Assembly: GCA_963747235.1 (NCBI GenBank) | Contig: CAVVEU010000031.1 | Location: 64,001 to 128,000, forward strand | Direction of reading: 5' to 3' | Source: an uncultured Candidatus Rokubacteria bacterium | GTDB taxonomy: Bacteria; Methylomirabilota; Methylomirabilia; Rokubacteriales; CSP1-6 | Length of the DNA: 64,000 nt | Made by a program: the position numbers and the translations under genes | Part shown: piece by piece, positions 1 through 9,321 of the stretch | Numbering within the stretch: position 1 is the first letter of the stretch | Layout: each line of letters starts with the position of its first letter | The notes under the pieces: generated by a model | Told to the model about the DNA's origin: nothing | Seen by the model: the letters and a program-made list of their open reading frames with translations, nothing else | The model's database searches: none

Positions 1-1871
1 GCAGGCGCTGCTCTCGCGCGAGCTGGCGACGGTCAGCACGCGGGTGCCGATCGCGGTGGACCTGGAGGCCTTCCGGCGCCGCGAGCCCGACTGGGAGCGC
101 CTGCGCGCGCTCTGGACCGAGCTCGAGTTCCACAGCCTGCTGCGCCAGCTCCCCGCGGAGCCCGCGCCCGAGGCCACCGGCGGCGAGGTGCCGACCCTGG
201 CCGACGCGGAGGCGCTCGCGGCGTACCTGGCCAAGGCGCCCGCGGGCGAGCCGCTCGCTGTTGAAGCGATCGGCGAGGGTGGCCCTCCGGACCCGGCCCT
301 GACGGCAGTTGGCCTGTATCACCCGGAGGCGGGTCCCGCGATCCTCGAGCTCGAGGCCTGGAAGGCCGCGGTGCCCGATCTCGGCGGGCGCACGCTGATC
401 GGCCACGACATCAAGCCGCTGATCGAGTGGTGGCTGGCCCGCGGCGGCGCGCTGCCGCCGGTCGAGGACACCGCGGTGGCCGCCTACCTGCTGAATCCGG
501 CGCGCACCAACTACAAGCTCGAGGAGGTCTGCGCCGAGCTGCTCGGCCAGGGGCCGGGCATCGCGCGGCCCGGCACGCGGGCCCGGTGGATCTGGGATCT
601 CTGGGCGATGGAGCCGCGCGCGCTGCAGGAGGTGGGGCTCCACGCGCTCTACCAGGACGTCGAGCGGCCGCTGATCGGGGTGCTCGCGCGCATGGAGCGG
701 CACGGCATCCGGGTGGACCCGGTCCGCCTGGGCGAGTTCTCGCGCGAGCTCGAGGTGCATCTCGAGCGGACGACACGCGAGATCTTCACCCTGGCCGGCG
801 AGGAGTTCAACATCGGCTCGCCCAAGCAGCTCGCCCACATCCTGTTCGAGAAGCTCAAGCTGCCGCCGGTGAGGCGGACCAAGACCGGCTACTCCACCGA
901 CGCGGACGTGCTCGAGCATCTCGCGATCGGCCACGAGCTGCCCGCGCGCATCGTCGAGCACCGCACGCTCGCCAAGCTCAAGTCCACCTACGCGGACTCG
1001 CTGCCCACCTTGATCAATCCGGTGACCGGGCGCATCCACACCTCGTTCAACCAGCTCGTGGCCGCGACCGGACGCCTGAGCAGCCGGACGGTTATCCTCG
1101 AGCAATCCGAACGTTCAGAATATTCCGGTGCGCACCGAGCTGGGCCGGCGCATCCGCGCCGCCTTCGTGCCCGATCCGGGCTGGCAGTTCCTCGCGGCGG
1201 ACTACTCGCAGATCGAGCTGCGCATCCTGGCCCACGTCTCGGGCGAGGAGAGCCTGATCGAGGCCTTCCGCCGCGGCGAGGACATCCACCGCCGCACCGC
1301 CTCGGAGGTGTTCGGCGTCGCGCTGGAGGCGGTGAGCCCGGAGCAGCGCGACATCGCCAAGACCACGAACTTCGCGGTGATCTACGGCGTCACCGCCTTC
1401 GGGCTCTCGCGCGGCCTCGACATGAGCCCCAAGCAGGCGCAGGAGTTCCTCGATCGGTTCTTCGCGCGGCATCCCAGGGTGAAGGCCTACCTCGCGCGCA
1501 CCGTGGCGGAGGGCCGCGAGCGCGGCTTCGTCACCACGCTGCTCGGGCGGCGGCGCTACCTGCCGGAGCTGCGCAGCGGCAATCCGAATCTCCGGGGCTT
1601 CGGCGAGCGCATGGCCACCAACGCGCCCATCCAGGGCACCGCCGCGGATCTCATCAAGATCGCGATGGTCCGGGTGGCCCAGGAGCTGGACGCGCACCGG
1701 CTGGAGAGCCGCATGCTGCTGCAGGTGCACGACGAGCTGCTGTTCGAGGCGCCGCCCGCGGAGCTCCCGCGCCTCCAGGCGCTGGCCACCCAGGTGATGG
1801 AGTCCGCCATGTCGTTCGACGTGCCGCTCAAGGTGGACGTGAAGATCGGCGCCGACTGGGCCACGGTATGA
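1..1871 (+). CDS. polA: DNA polymerase I, 5'-truncated at window edge, reading frame broken at ~1085
   Basis: Family A motifs FNIGSPKQL, GYSTD, IHTSFNQ-ATGRLSS, then in the next frame NPNVQNIP, ADYSQIELRILAH, NFAVIYG, NAPIQGTAAD, LQVHDEL. The break is a 16-bp duplication (see findings). Confidence 0.97.
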
Positions 1872-2500
1872 GGCGCTTCCTCCTCGTCGGCCTCACCGGC
1901 GGCATCGCCACCGGCAAGAGCACGGTGAACGCCATGCTGGCGAACCCGAGCGTGCGGGTGGTGGACGCCGACGCGCTCGCCCGCGAGGTCGTGGAGCCGG
2001 GCACGTCCACCCTCGCCCTGATCGTCGCCGAGTTCGGCAAGGATGTGCTGCAGCCCGACGGCCGACTCGACCGCGCGCGCCTGGGCGAGATCGTCTTCGC
2101 GGATCCGGCGAAGCGGAAGCGCCTCGAGGCCATCACCCATCCGGCGATCCGCGCGCGGTTCGAACGGCTCATGGTGGAGCTCGAGCGCCAGGGCTTCGAC
2201 GGCATCCTGATCTGGGACGCCGCCCTGCTGGTCGAGTCCGGCGGCCACAACAAGATGGACAAGGTGGTGGTGGTGACCACCGACCCGGCCACCCAGCTCC
2301 AGCGCCTGATGGCGCGCGACGGCTCGACCGAGGAGGCCGCGCGCGCGCGCACCGCGAGCCAGATGCCGCTGGCGGTGAAGGCGCGCGTGGCCGACTACGT
2401 CATCGACAACTCGGGCACCCGCGAGGCGACGGAAGCGCGCGTGCGCGAGGTCTACCGCGCCCTCCTGGAAGATCTGCGCCACCACCAGGCGCCGCGGTGA
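1868..2500 (+). CDS. coaE: Dephospho-CoA kinase
   Basis: ATG at 1868 overlaps polA stop (ATGA); GLTGGIATGKS P-loop, DAD, LEAITHP, IDNSG. Confidence 0.96.
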   Translation: MRRFLLVGLTGGIATGKSTVNAMLANPSVRVVDADALAREVVEPGTSTLALIVAEFGKDVLQPDGRLDRARLGEIVFADPAKRKRLEAITHPAIRARFERLMVELERQGFDGILIWDAALLVESGGHNKMDKVVVVTTDPATQLQRLMARDGSTEEAARARTASQMPLAVKARVADYVIDNSGTREATEARVREVYRALLEDLRHHQAPR

Positions 2501-3360
2501 GCCCGCGCCGGAACGCGCGGGCCGCCGCGCCCCGCGCCCCGGTGTACCGGTCGGCCACGCGCGGCCGCACCCGCGCGCTCGGCCAGCACTTCCTGCGGGA
2601 CCGGTCGGTGGTGGACCGCATCGTGGACCTGGTGGCGCCCACCGCGCGCGATCTGGTCGTCGAGATCGGCCCCGGGCGCGGCGCCCTCACCGAGACGCTG
2701 GCCGCCCGCGCCGGCCGGCTCCTCACGCTCGAGATCGACGCGGAGCTGGCCGCGACGCTCCAGGCCCGCTTCGCCGCGTCGTCGCACGTGGAGGTCCGCC
2801 AGGCGGACGCGCGCGGGTTCGACTACCGGACGCTGCGCGCGCTCGCGCCCGATCCGGGCGGCCGCGTGCTGGTGGTGGGCAACCTCCCCTACAGCGTGGG
2901 CAAGCCCATCCTGGCCGCCCTGGTGGAGGCCGCCGCGGCCATCGACGAGATGGCGCTCATGCTCCAGAAGGAGGTGGCCGAGCGCGTGGCCGCCGAGCCC
3001 GGCGGGAAGACCTACGGCGCGCTCTCGGTGCTGACCCAGGTGGCGGTCGCGGCGCGTCTGGCCTTCTCGGTGCCGCCCGGCGCCTTCAGCCCGCCGCCCC
3101 AGGTGGATTCGGCGGTGCTGCACCTCGTGGCGCACCGCACGCCGCCCGTCCCGGTGGCCGATCCCGCCCGCTTCGCCACCGTGGTGCGCGCCGCCTTCGG
3201 CCAGCGCCGCAAGAGCCTGGCGAATTCCCTGGCCGCCGGCCTGAGCCTGGGGGCGGAGCGTGCCCGCCGGCTCTGCGAGGCCGCCTCCATCGACCCCGGC
3301 CGCCGCGCCGAGACCCTCTCGCTGGCCGAATTCGCCCGGCTGGCCGCCACGGCGGGCTAG
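2497..3360 (+). CDS. rsmA: 16S rRNA m6,2A dimethyltransferase KsgA/RsmA
   Basis: LGQHFL, EIGPGRGALT, NLPY, MLQKEVAER, FxPPPQVDS, RRAETLS. Confidence 0.96.
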   Translation: MSPRRNARAAAPRAPVYRSATRGRTRALGQHFLRDRSVVDRIVDLVAPTARDLVVEIGPGRGALTETLAARAGRLLTLEIDAELAATLQARFAASSHVEVRQADARGFDYRTLRALAPDPGGRVLVVGNLPYSVGKPILAALVEAAAAIDEMALMLQKEVAERVAAEPGGKTYGALSVLTQVAVAARLAFSVPPGAFSPPPQVDSAVLHLVAHRTPPVPVADPARFATVVRAAFGQRRKSLANSLAAGLSLGAERARRLCEAASIDPGRRAETLSLAEFARLAATAG

Positions 3361-3411
3361 CCCCGTTCCTTGGGCCCGGCTAGGGCCCGGTGGTAGGATG
3401 AAAAGGCCGCA

Positions 3412-5115
3412 ATGAACACCACTTACAGACCAGATCCCGTTCCGATCGATGCGCCCGGCGAGCCCGCGGTGCGGCTCATTCCCCTGGGCGGCCTGGGCGA
3501 GATCGGGCTCAACATGATGCTGATCGAGTGCGGCCCCGACATCCTGGCGGTGGACTGCGGCCTGCTCTTCCCGGACGACGAGATGCCCGGTGTGGATTTC
3601 GCCATCCCGGACTTCACGTATCTGCGCGAGCGCCGCGCCGCGTTCCGCGGCGTCGTGCTCACGCACGGCCACGAGGACCACATCGGCGCGCTGTCCTACC
3701 TGCTGCGGGAGTTCCCGGTGCCGGTCTATGGCACGCCGCTCACCCTGGCGGTGGCGAAGCACCGGCTCGCCGAGCACGGCGTGCTCGATCAGGCCGACCT
3801 GCGCACGTACGCGCCGGGCGATCGCATCGTCATCGGCGGCTTCACGGTGGAGCCGATCCGCGTGACGCACTCGATCGCCGACGGCATCGGCCTCGCGATC
3901 GAGACGCCGCTCGGCACCGTGGTCCACACCGGCGACTTCAAGCTCGACCCGCACCCGGTGGATCATCAGCAGCCGGACTACTCGCGCTTCGCGGCGCTGG
4001 GCGAGCGCGGCGTGCTCGTGCTCTGCTCGGACTCGACCAATGTCGGCCGGCCGGGGCACACCGGCTCCGAGACGCTCGTCGGCCAGGCGCTCGCGGGCCG
4101 CTTCGCGGAGGCCCCGGGGCGCATCATCCTCGCCACCTTCGCCTCTCACATCCACCGCATCCAGCAGGTGCTCGATCTCGCGGCGGACTGCCATAGAAAT
4201 GTCGCGCTGCTCGGCAAGAGCATGATGACGAACGTGGCGGTAGCGCAGGAGCTGGGCTACCTCACGGTGCCGGAGGGCCTGATCCTGCCGCTCGAGGAGC
4301 TCGCCGAGCTGCCCGCCCAGCGCCAGGTGATCGTCTCCACCGGCAGCCAGGGCGAGCCCCACTCCGCGCTCTCGCTGATCGCGGCGGGCGACCACAAGTA
4401 CGTGCATGCGGGGCCGGGCGACCTGGTGATCTTCTCCTCGCGCGTGATCCCGGGCAACGAGCGCGTGATCGGCCGCGTGATCAACGCGCTCCTGCGCCGC
4501 GGCGCGGAGGTGCTCTGGGAGGACGTGGCCTTCGTGCACGTCTCCGGGCACGCGAGCCAGGAGGATCTCAAGCAGATGCTCGCGATGACGCGCCCGCGCT
4601 ACTTCGTGCCGGTGCACGGCGAGTTCCGGCACCTGCTGCAGCACGCGCGGCTGGCCGAGGGCGTGGGCATCCCCAAGGACCGCATCTTCCTCATCGAGGA
4701 CGGCCTCGGGCTCGAGGTCACCGCGTCCGGCACGCGCGTGCTCGGCGGCTACCCGGCCGGGCCGGTGCTGGTGGACGGCAAGGGCGTGGGCGACGTGGGC
4801 AGCGTGGTGCTCCGCGATCGACAGCTCCTGGCCGAGGCGGGCATGCTGGTGATCGCGCTGACCATCGACCGCACGACGGGGTTGATCGTGGCGGGACCCG
4901 AGATCGTCTCCCGCGGGTTCGTCTACATGAAGGAGGCCGACGCCCTGATGGACGAGGTCAAGACCGCGGTGCGGGACGCCCTGGCCGGCCGGCGGGAGCC
5001 GGAGGCCTTCGACCGCGAGCTGGTCGGCGCGATGGTGCGGAGCGCGGCGCGCCGGTTCATCAACCAGCGGTTCCAGCGCAAGCCGGTGGTGCTGCCCGTG
5101 ATCCTGGAGGTCTGA
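3412..5115 (+). CDS. rnj: Ribonuclease J
   Basis: PLGGLGEIGLN, THGHEDHIG, HTGDFK, FASHIHR, TGSQGE, HVSGHA, PVHGE, SRGF. Confidence 0.96.
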   Translation: MNTTYRPDPVPIDAPGEPAVRLIPLGGLGEIGLNMMLIECGPDILAVDCGLLFPDDEMPGVDFAIPDFTYLRERRAAFRGVVLTHGHEDHIGALSYLLREFPVPVYGTPLTLAVAKHRLAEHGVLDQADLRTYAPGDRIVIGGFTVEPIRVTHSIADGIGLAIETPLGTVVHTGDFKLDPHPVDHQQPDYSRFAALGERGVLVLCSDSTNVGRPGHTGSETLVGQALAGRFAEAPGRIILATFASHIHRIQQVLDLAADCHRNVALLGKSMMTNVAVAQELGYLTVPEGLILPLEELAELPAQRQVIVSTGSQGEPHSALSLIAAGDHKYVHAGPGDLVIFSSRVIPGNERVIGRVINALLRRGAEVLWEDVAFVHVSGHASQEDLKQMLAMTRPRYFVPVHGEFRHLLQHARLAEGVGIPKDRIFLIEDGLGLEVTASGTRVLGGYPAGPVLVDGKGVGDVGSVVLRDRQLLAEAGMLVIALTIDRTTGLIVAGPEIVSRGFVYMKEADALMDEVKTAVRDALAGRREPEAFDRELVGAMVRSAARRFINQRFQRKPVVLPVILEV

Positions 5116-7370
5116 TGGCGGAGAAGGTGACGATCGAGAAGATCCTGCCCGAGAAGGGGTCGGGCGCGAACGGCCACGGCCCGCGCGAGACACCGCGCGA
5201 CGGGGCGCGCCGTCGCGGGCCGCGGCAGGGCAAGGCCGAGCCCGGCCGCTGGGTGCGCGAGGCCAAGGGCATCCTGGCCCTGGCCCTGGCCGGCTTCGGC
5301 TTCGTGGCGCTCTACGCCTACGACCCGATGGTGCATCCGCTCGATCAGTCGAGTCCGGTGGGCCCGGTCGGGGCCTGGCTCGGCTGGGGCTCCTTCCAGG
5401 CCTTCGGCTACGCCGGCTATCTCTTCCCGGTGCTGCTCGCCCTCTACGGTGTCTCGGCCTTCGTGCGGCCCCGCGTGGCCCACGGCTGGCAGGCCGGGGT
5501 CGGGCTCCTGATCCTGCTGGTGAGCGCTACCGGCATCCTGGCCCGCGCCTCCGACACGCTGGCCGAGTACCGCCTGCACAAGGGCGGCGTGGTGGGCTGG
5601 GCGGTCTCCGAAGGGCTCATGGTCTCGATCGGCACGGTGGGCACCTGGATCATCCTGCTCGCGCTCATCCCGGTCGGCGTGCTCTTCGTCACGCGCATCC
5701 CGTACGGCGTGCTCTCGCGCACGCTGCGGGCGCGCTCCGGACGGCTGCGGCGACCGGAGAGCAGGAAGGCGCTACGGGGAAGCCCGGCGTCGGCGGACCT
5801 GCCGCTGGTCGCCGCGGTGCCGCCGGGCGGCTGGCCGGCGGATCAGCCGGCCGCGCCACCGCCGTTCGTGGTGAAGGAGCAGCCGAAGGTGAAGTCGGGG
5901 CTCTCGGACAAGGGCCTCGCCTGGCAGGAGACGTTCGACTTCGGCAAGGGCGGCGCGGAGGCGTTCAAGCTGCCCGCGGTCGGCCTGCTCGCGGCGCCGC
6001 CGGCCTCGTCGCTCTCGCGCACGCGCGAGGAGCTCGAGGGCAACGCGCAGACGCTCAAGAAGAAGCTCCACGACTTCGGGGTGGACGGTCACATCGTGCA
6101 GGCGAGCCCGGGCCCGGTCATCACGTCGTACGAGTTCGAGCCGGCGGCGGGCGTCAAGGTGAGCCAGGTGGTGAACCTGGCCGACGACCTGGCCCTGGCC
6201 ATGAAGGTGGCGGCAGTGCGGATCATCGGGCCGATTCCGGGCCGCGGCACGGTCGCGGTCGAGGTGCCGAACCCGGAGACCGCGACGGTGTACCTGCGCG
6301 AGATCTTGGTGAGCCCCGAATTCGTCACGACCAAGGGCAAGCTCCCGCTGGCCCTCGGCAAGGACACCACCGGCAACCCGGTGGTCGCGGACCTGGCGGC
6401 CATGCCGCACCTGCTCATCGCCGGCTCCACCGGCAGCGGCAAGTCGGTCGGCCTCAACACCATGATCTGCTCGCTGCTCTACAAGGCCACCCCCGCGGAC
6501 GTCCGGTTCCTCCTGATCGACCCGAAGCGGCTCGAGCTCGGCATCTACGAGAAGATCCCGCACCTGCTCGCGCCGGTCGTCACCGACGCGAAGGAAGCCT
6601 CCGCGCGGCTCAAGTGGATCGTGGGGAAGATGGACGCGCGCTACAAGCAGCTCCAGGCCAAGGCGGTGCGCAACATCGAGGGCTACAACAAGGAAGTGCC
6701 GTTTGAAGAGCGCCTGCCCTACTGGGTGGTGGTGGTGGACGAGCTGGCCGACCTCATGATGGTCTCGGCCGGCGAGGTCCAGAACTCGCTGATCCGCCTG
6801 GCCCAGATCGCCCGCGCGGTGGGCATCCATCTGATCATCGCCACCCAGCGGCCGTCGGTGGACGTGGTGACCGGCCTGATCAAGGCCAACTTCCCGACGC
6901 GCATCGCCTTCCAGGTGGCGTCGAAGGTGGACTCGCGGACCGTGCTCGACGGCAACGGGGCCGAGCAGCTCCTGGGTCGGGGCGACATGATCTTCGTGCC
7001 GCCCGGCGCGAGCCGGCAGATGCGTGTGCACGGCGCCTGGGTCTCGGACAAGGAAGTGAAGGCCATGTGCGAGTTCCTGCGCACGCAGGGTTCGGCGGTG
7101 TACGAGCACGTGGAGTTGCCGTCCCAGGAGGCCGGCTTCGGCGGCAACGGAGAGGACCGCGACGACATCTACTGGGACGCGGTGAACCTGGTGATCGCGC
7201 AGCGGGCCGCGTCCATCTCGTTCCTGCAGCGGCGCCTCGGGCTCGGCTATCCGAAGGCCGCGCGCTTCATCGACATGATGGAGCAGGACCGCGTGATCGG
7301 CCCCGGCCACGGCGCCAAGCCGCGCGAGATCCTCGTCGGCCCGGAATACCTACAGAAGCGAGGCAAGTAA
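5115..7370 (+). CDS. ftsK: DNA translocase FtsK/SpoIIIE
   Basis: N-terminal TM segments, PHLLIAGSTGSGKS, IDPK, DELADLM, ATQRPS, C-terminal gamma domain (SISFLQRRLGLGYPKAARFID). Confidence 0.96.
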   Translation: MAEKVTIEKILPEKGSGANGHGPRETPRDGARRRGPRQGKAEPGRWVREAKGILALALAGFGFVALYAYDPMVHPLDQSSPVGPVGAWLGWGSFQAFGYAGYLFPVLLALYGVSAFVRPRVAHGWQAGVGLLILLVSATGILARASDTLAEYRLHKGGVVGWAVSEGLMVSIGTVGTWIILLALIPVGVLFVTRIPYGVLSRTLRARSGRLRRPESRKALRGSPASADLPLVAAVPPGGWPADQPAAPPPFVVKEQPKVKSGLSDKGLAWQETFDFGKGGAEAFKLPAVGLLAAPPASSLSRTREELEGNAQTLKKKLHDFGVDGHIVQASPGPVITSYEFEPAAGVKVSQVVNLADDLALAMKVAAVRIIGPIPGRGTVAVEVPNPETATVYLREILVSPEFVTTKGKLPLALGKDTTGNPVVADLAAMPHLLIAGSTGSGKSVGLNTMICSLLYKATPADVRFLLIDPKRLELGIYEKIPHLLAPVVTDAKEASARLKWIVGKMDARYKQLQAKAVRNIEGYNKEVPFEERLPYWVVVVDELADLMMVSAGEVQNSLIRLAQIARAVGIHLIIATQRPSVDVVTGLIKANFPTRIAFQVASKVDSRTVLDGNGAEQLLGRGDMIFVPPGASRQMRVHGAWVSDKEVKAMCEFLRTQGSAVYEHVELPSQEAGFGGNGEDRDDIYWDAVNLVIAQRAASISFLQRRLGLGYPKAARFIDMMEQDRVIGPGHGAKPREILVGPEYLQKRGK

Positions 7371-8029
7371 TGCGCTTGGCGATTCTCCTCGGGCTGTTGC
7401 TTCTGTTCGTACCTGCCGCGCCGGCGCAGGCTCAGACCCTCGACGAGGTGGTCAACGGCGTCGAGTCCACCTACGGCAAGATCGTGGACCTCCGCGCCGA
7501 GTTCACCCAGACCGCGCGCAACAAGAGCCTCGGCCAGGACATCAAGGCCGAGGGCACCGTGCTGCTCAAGAAGGGCGGCAAGATGCGCTGGGACTACAAG
7601 AGCCCCGCGCCGCAGCAGATCGTCTCGGACGGCACCTCGCTCTGGGTCTACACGCCCGAGCTGAACCAGGTGAACAAGGGCCATGCGCCCAAGGCCCTGG
7701 CCGGGCCGGCGGGCAGCTTCCTGTCCGGGCTCGGCAAGCTGCGCGAGGAGTTCACGGTGCGCTTCCTCAACCCGGCGAGCCCGCGCGACGGCGCCGGCCG
7801 CCCGGTGCTCGATCTCACCCCCAAGCAGCCGACCCCGCTCCTCACGCGCCTGGTGATCACGGTGGATCCGAAGGATTACGTCGTCCGCCAGGCGGTGCTC
7901 TACGACCAGTTCCAGAACACGGTCACGATGACCTTCAACAAGGTCGCCATCAATCCGGGCCTCAGCGACACGCTCTTCGTCTTCACGCCGCCGAAGGATG
8001 CGGCGGTGGTGCCGCTCGACCCACGCTAG
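7370..8029 (+). CDS. lolA: Outer-membrane lipoprotein carrier LolA
   Basis: Signal peptide, AEFTQ, GKMRWDY..P..Q.IVSDG..LWVY; directly follows ftsK as is typical. Confidence 0.88.
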   Translation: MRLAILLGLLLLFVPAAPAQAQTLDEVVNGVESTYGKIVDLRAEFTQTARNKSLGQDIKAEGTVLLKKGGKMRWDYKSPAPQQIVSDGTSLWVYTPELNQVNKGHAPKALAGPAGSFLSGLGKLREEFTVRFLNPASPRDGAGRPVLDLTPKQPTPLLTRLVITVDPKDYVVRQAVLYDQFQNTVTMTFNKVAINPGLSDTLFVFTPPKDAAVVPLDPR

Positions 8030-8043
8030 CCGAGGACCTCGCC

Positions 8044-8541
8044 ATGGCCGCCGAGAACAGCTTCGACGTCGCCTGCAAGATCGACATGCAGGAGGTCACC
8101 AACGCCATCGACCAGGCCCGTCGCGACATCGCGACGCGCTACGATCTCAAGGGCGCCAAGAACGAGATCGAGATCGAGAAGATGGACATCGTGATCTCCT
8201 CGACCGACGACATGAAGGTCAAGGCGGTGCTCGACATCCTGCAATCCAAGCTCCACCGTCGCGGCATCGATCTGAAGGCCCTCACCATCAACGACCCGGA
8301 GCCCGCGGGCGGGGGCCTCGTGCGGCAGAAGATCACGCTGCAGGACGGCGTGCCGATGGAGAAGGCCAAGGAGATCGTGCGCCTGATCAAGGACTCCAAG
8401 ATCCGGGTCCAGGCCTCCATCCAGGAGAAGCAGGTGCGGGTCGCGGGTAAGAACCGCGACGACCTGCAGGCGGTCATCGCGCTGCTCAAGGGCAAGGATC
8501 TGGGCATCGCGATCCAGTTCACGAACTACCGCTCCACGTAG
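8044..8541 (+). CDS. yajQ: YajQ family cyclic-di-GMP/nucleotide-binding protein
   Basis: SFDV, EVTNAIDQA..I..RYDLK, VQASIQ..VRV.GK.RDDLQ, QFTNYR. Confidence 0.94.
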   Translation: MAAENSFDVACKIDMQEVTNAIDQARRDIATRYDLKGAKNEIEIEKMDIVISSTDDMKVKAVLDILQSKLHRRGIDLKALTINDPEPAGGGLVRQKITLQDGVPMEKAKEIVRLIKDSKIRVQASIQEKQVRVAGKNRDDLQAVIALLKGKDLGIAIQFTNYRST

Positions 8542-8573
8542 ATCCCTCCACGTAGATCCGTCCCCGTAGATCC
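8533..8573. repeat. Three tandem 14-bp-period copies of TCC(A/C)CGTAGATCC spanning the yajQ stop
   Basis: tccacgtagatcc 8533-8545, tccacgtagatcc 8547-8559, tccccgtagatcc 8561-8573. Confidence 0.85.
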
Positions 8574-8593
8574 ATCTGGGTCCCCCGGCCGTA
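8569..8593 (+). promoter_or_regulatory. Candidate ECF sigma promoter (GATCC-N16-CGTA) for the fasciclin gene
   Basis: GATCC 8569-8573 and CGTA 8590-8593. Resembles promoters of SigK/RpoT-like ECF groups that often control fasciclin genes (recalled consensus, not computed). Confidence 0.4.
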
Positions 8594-8673
8594 AGCCAGG
8601 GTGAACCCGGAGAGCGGGGCGCCCGTCGGCCCCCTCCGACCGGGGCAACTCTAGCCGGAAAGGATGGGACGAT

Positions 8674-9228
8674 ATGAAGCGGACAATCGCGTTCGTGCTG
8701 CTCAGCGCTCTGGCCGTCCTGCCCGCCGTGGCGCTCGCCAAGAGCGAGCCGATGGTGGGTGGACAGGCGATGTTCCCGAGCAAGGACATCGTGGACAACG
8801 CCGTGAACTCGGCGGACCACACCACGCTCGTGGCGGCGGTCAAGGCCGCCGGCCTGGTGGACACCCTCAAGAGCCAGGGGCCGTTCACGGTCTTCGCCCC
8901 CACCAACGCCGCGTTCTCGGCGCTCCCCGCGGGCACGGTGGACACGCTGCTCAAGCCCGAGAACAAGGCCGGTCTCACCAAGGTGCTGACCTATCACGTG
9001 GTGCCCGGCAAGATGGACGCCGCCGCGTTGCAGAAGGCCATCAAGGCCGGCAACGGCACCGCCACCCTCAGGACCGCCAGCGGCGGCATGCTCTGGGCCA
9101 TGATGAACGGTGACCGCAACATCGTGCTCAAGGATGAGAAGGGCGCGGTGGCCAGCATCTCGACGTACGACGTCTACCAGTCCAACGGCGTGATCCACGT
9201 GATCGACCGCGTGGTGCTTCCCAACTAG
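8674..9228 (+). CDS. Fasciclin (FAS1, MPT70/Nex18-like) secreted protein
   Basis: Signal peptide; TLVAAVKAAGLVDTL, FTVFAPTNAAF, LTYHVV, SNGVIHVIDRV. Confidence 0.93.
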   Translation: MKRTIAFVLLSALAVLPAVALAKSEPMVGGQAMFPSKDIVDNAVNSADHTTLVAAVKAAGLVDTLKSQGPFTVFAPTNAAFSALPAGTVDTLLKPENKAGLTKVLTYHVVPGKMDAAALQKAIKAGNGTATLRTASGGMLWAMMNGDRNIVLKDEKGAVASISTYDVYQSNGVIHVIDRVVLPN

Positions 9229-9252
9229 AAGCGAGCCTGAAGAGCCTCTCCT

Positions 9253-9302
9253 CCTCACCTCCCTCTCCCCTCAGGGGAGAGGGCAGGGTGAGGGGTGGTG
9301 TC
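9253..9302. repeat. REP-like palindrome CCCTCTCCCC-TCA-GGGGAGAGGG, copy 1
   Basis: 10-bp perfect stem at 9261-9283 followed by CAGGGTGAGGGGTGGTGTC; lies between convergent genes; second copy at 46236. Confidence 0.8.
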
Positions 9303-9321
9303 AACGACCCGACGTTGTACG

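Noticed and set aside
200-660. Degenerate, shortened 3'-5' exonuclease domain of PolA
   Set aside because: Loss of proofreading residues in Pol I is common in many bacterial lineages and is not notable.
44-2500. Apparent PolA-CoaE fusion (818-aa ORF)
   Set aside because: Produced by the polA frame break. The intervening translation is nonsense and coaE has its own ATG overlapping the true polA stop.
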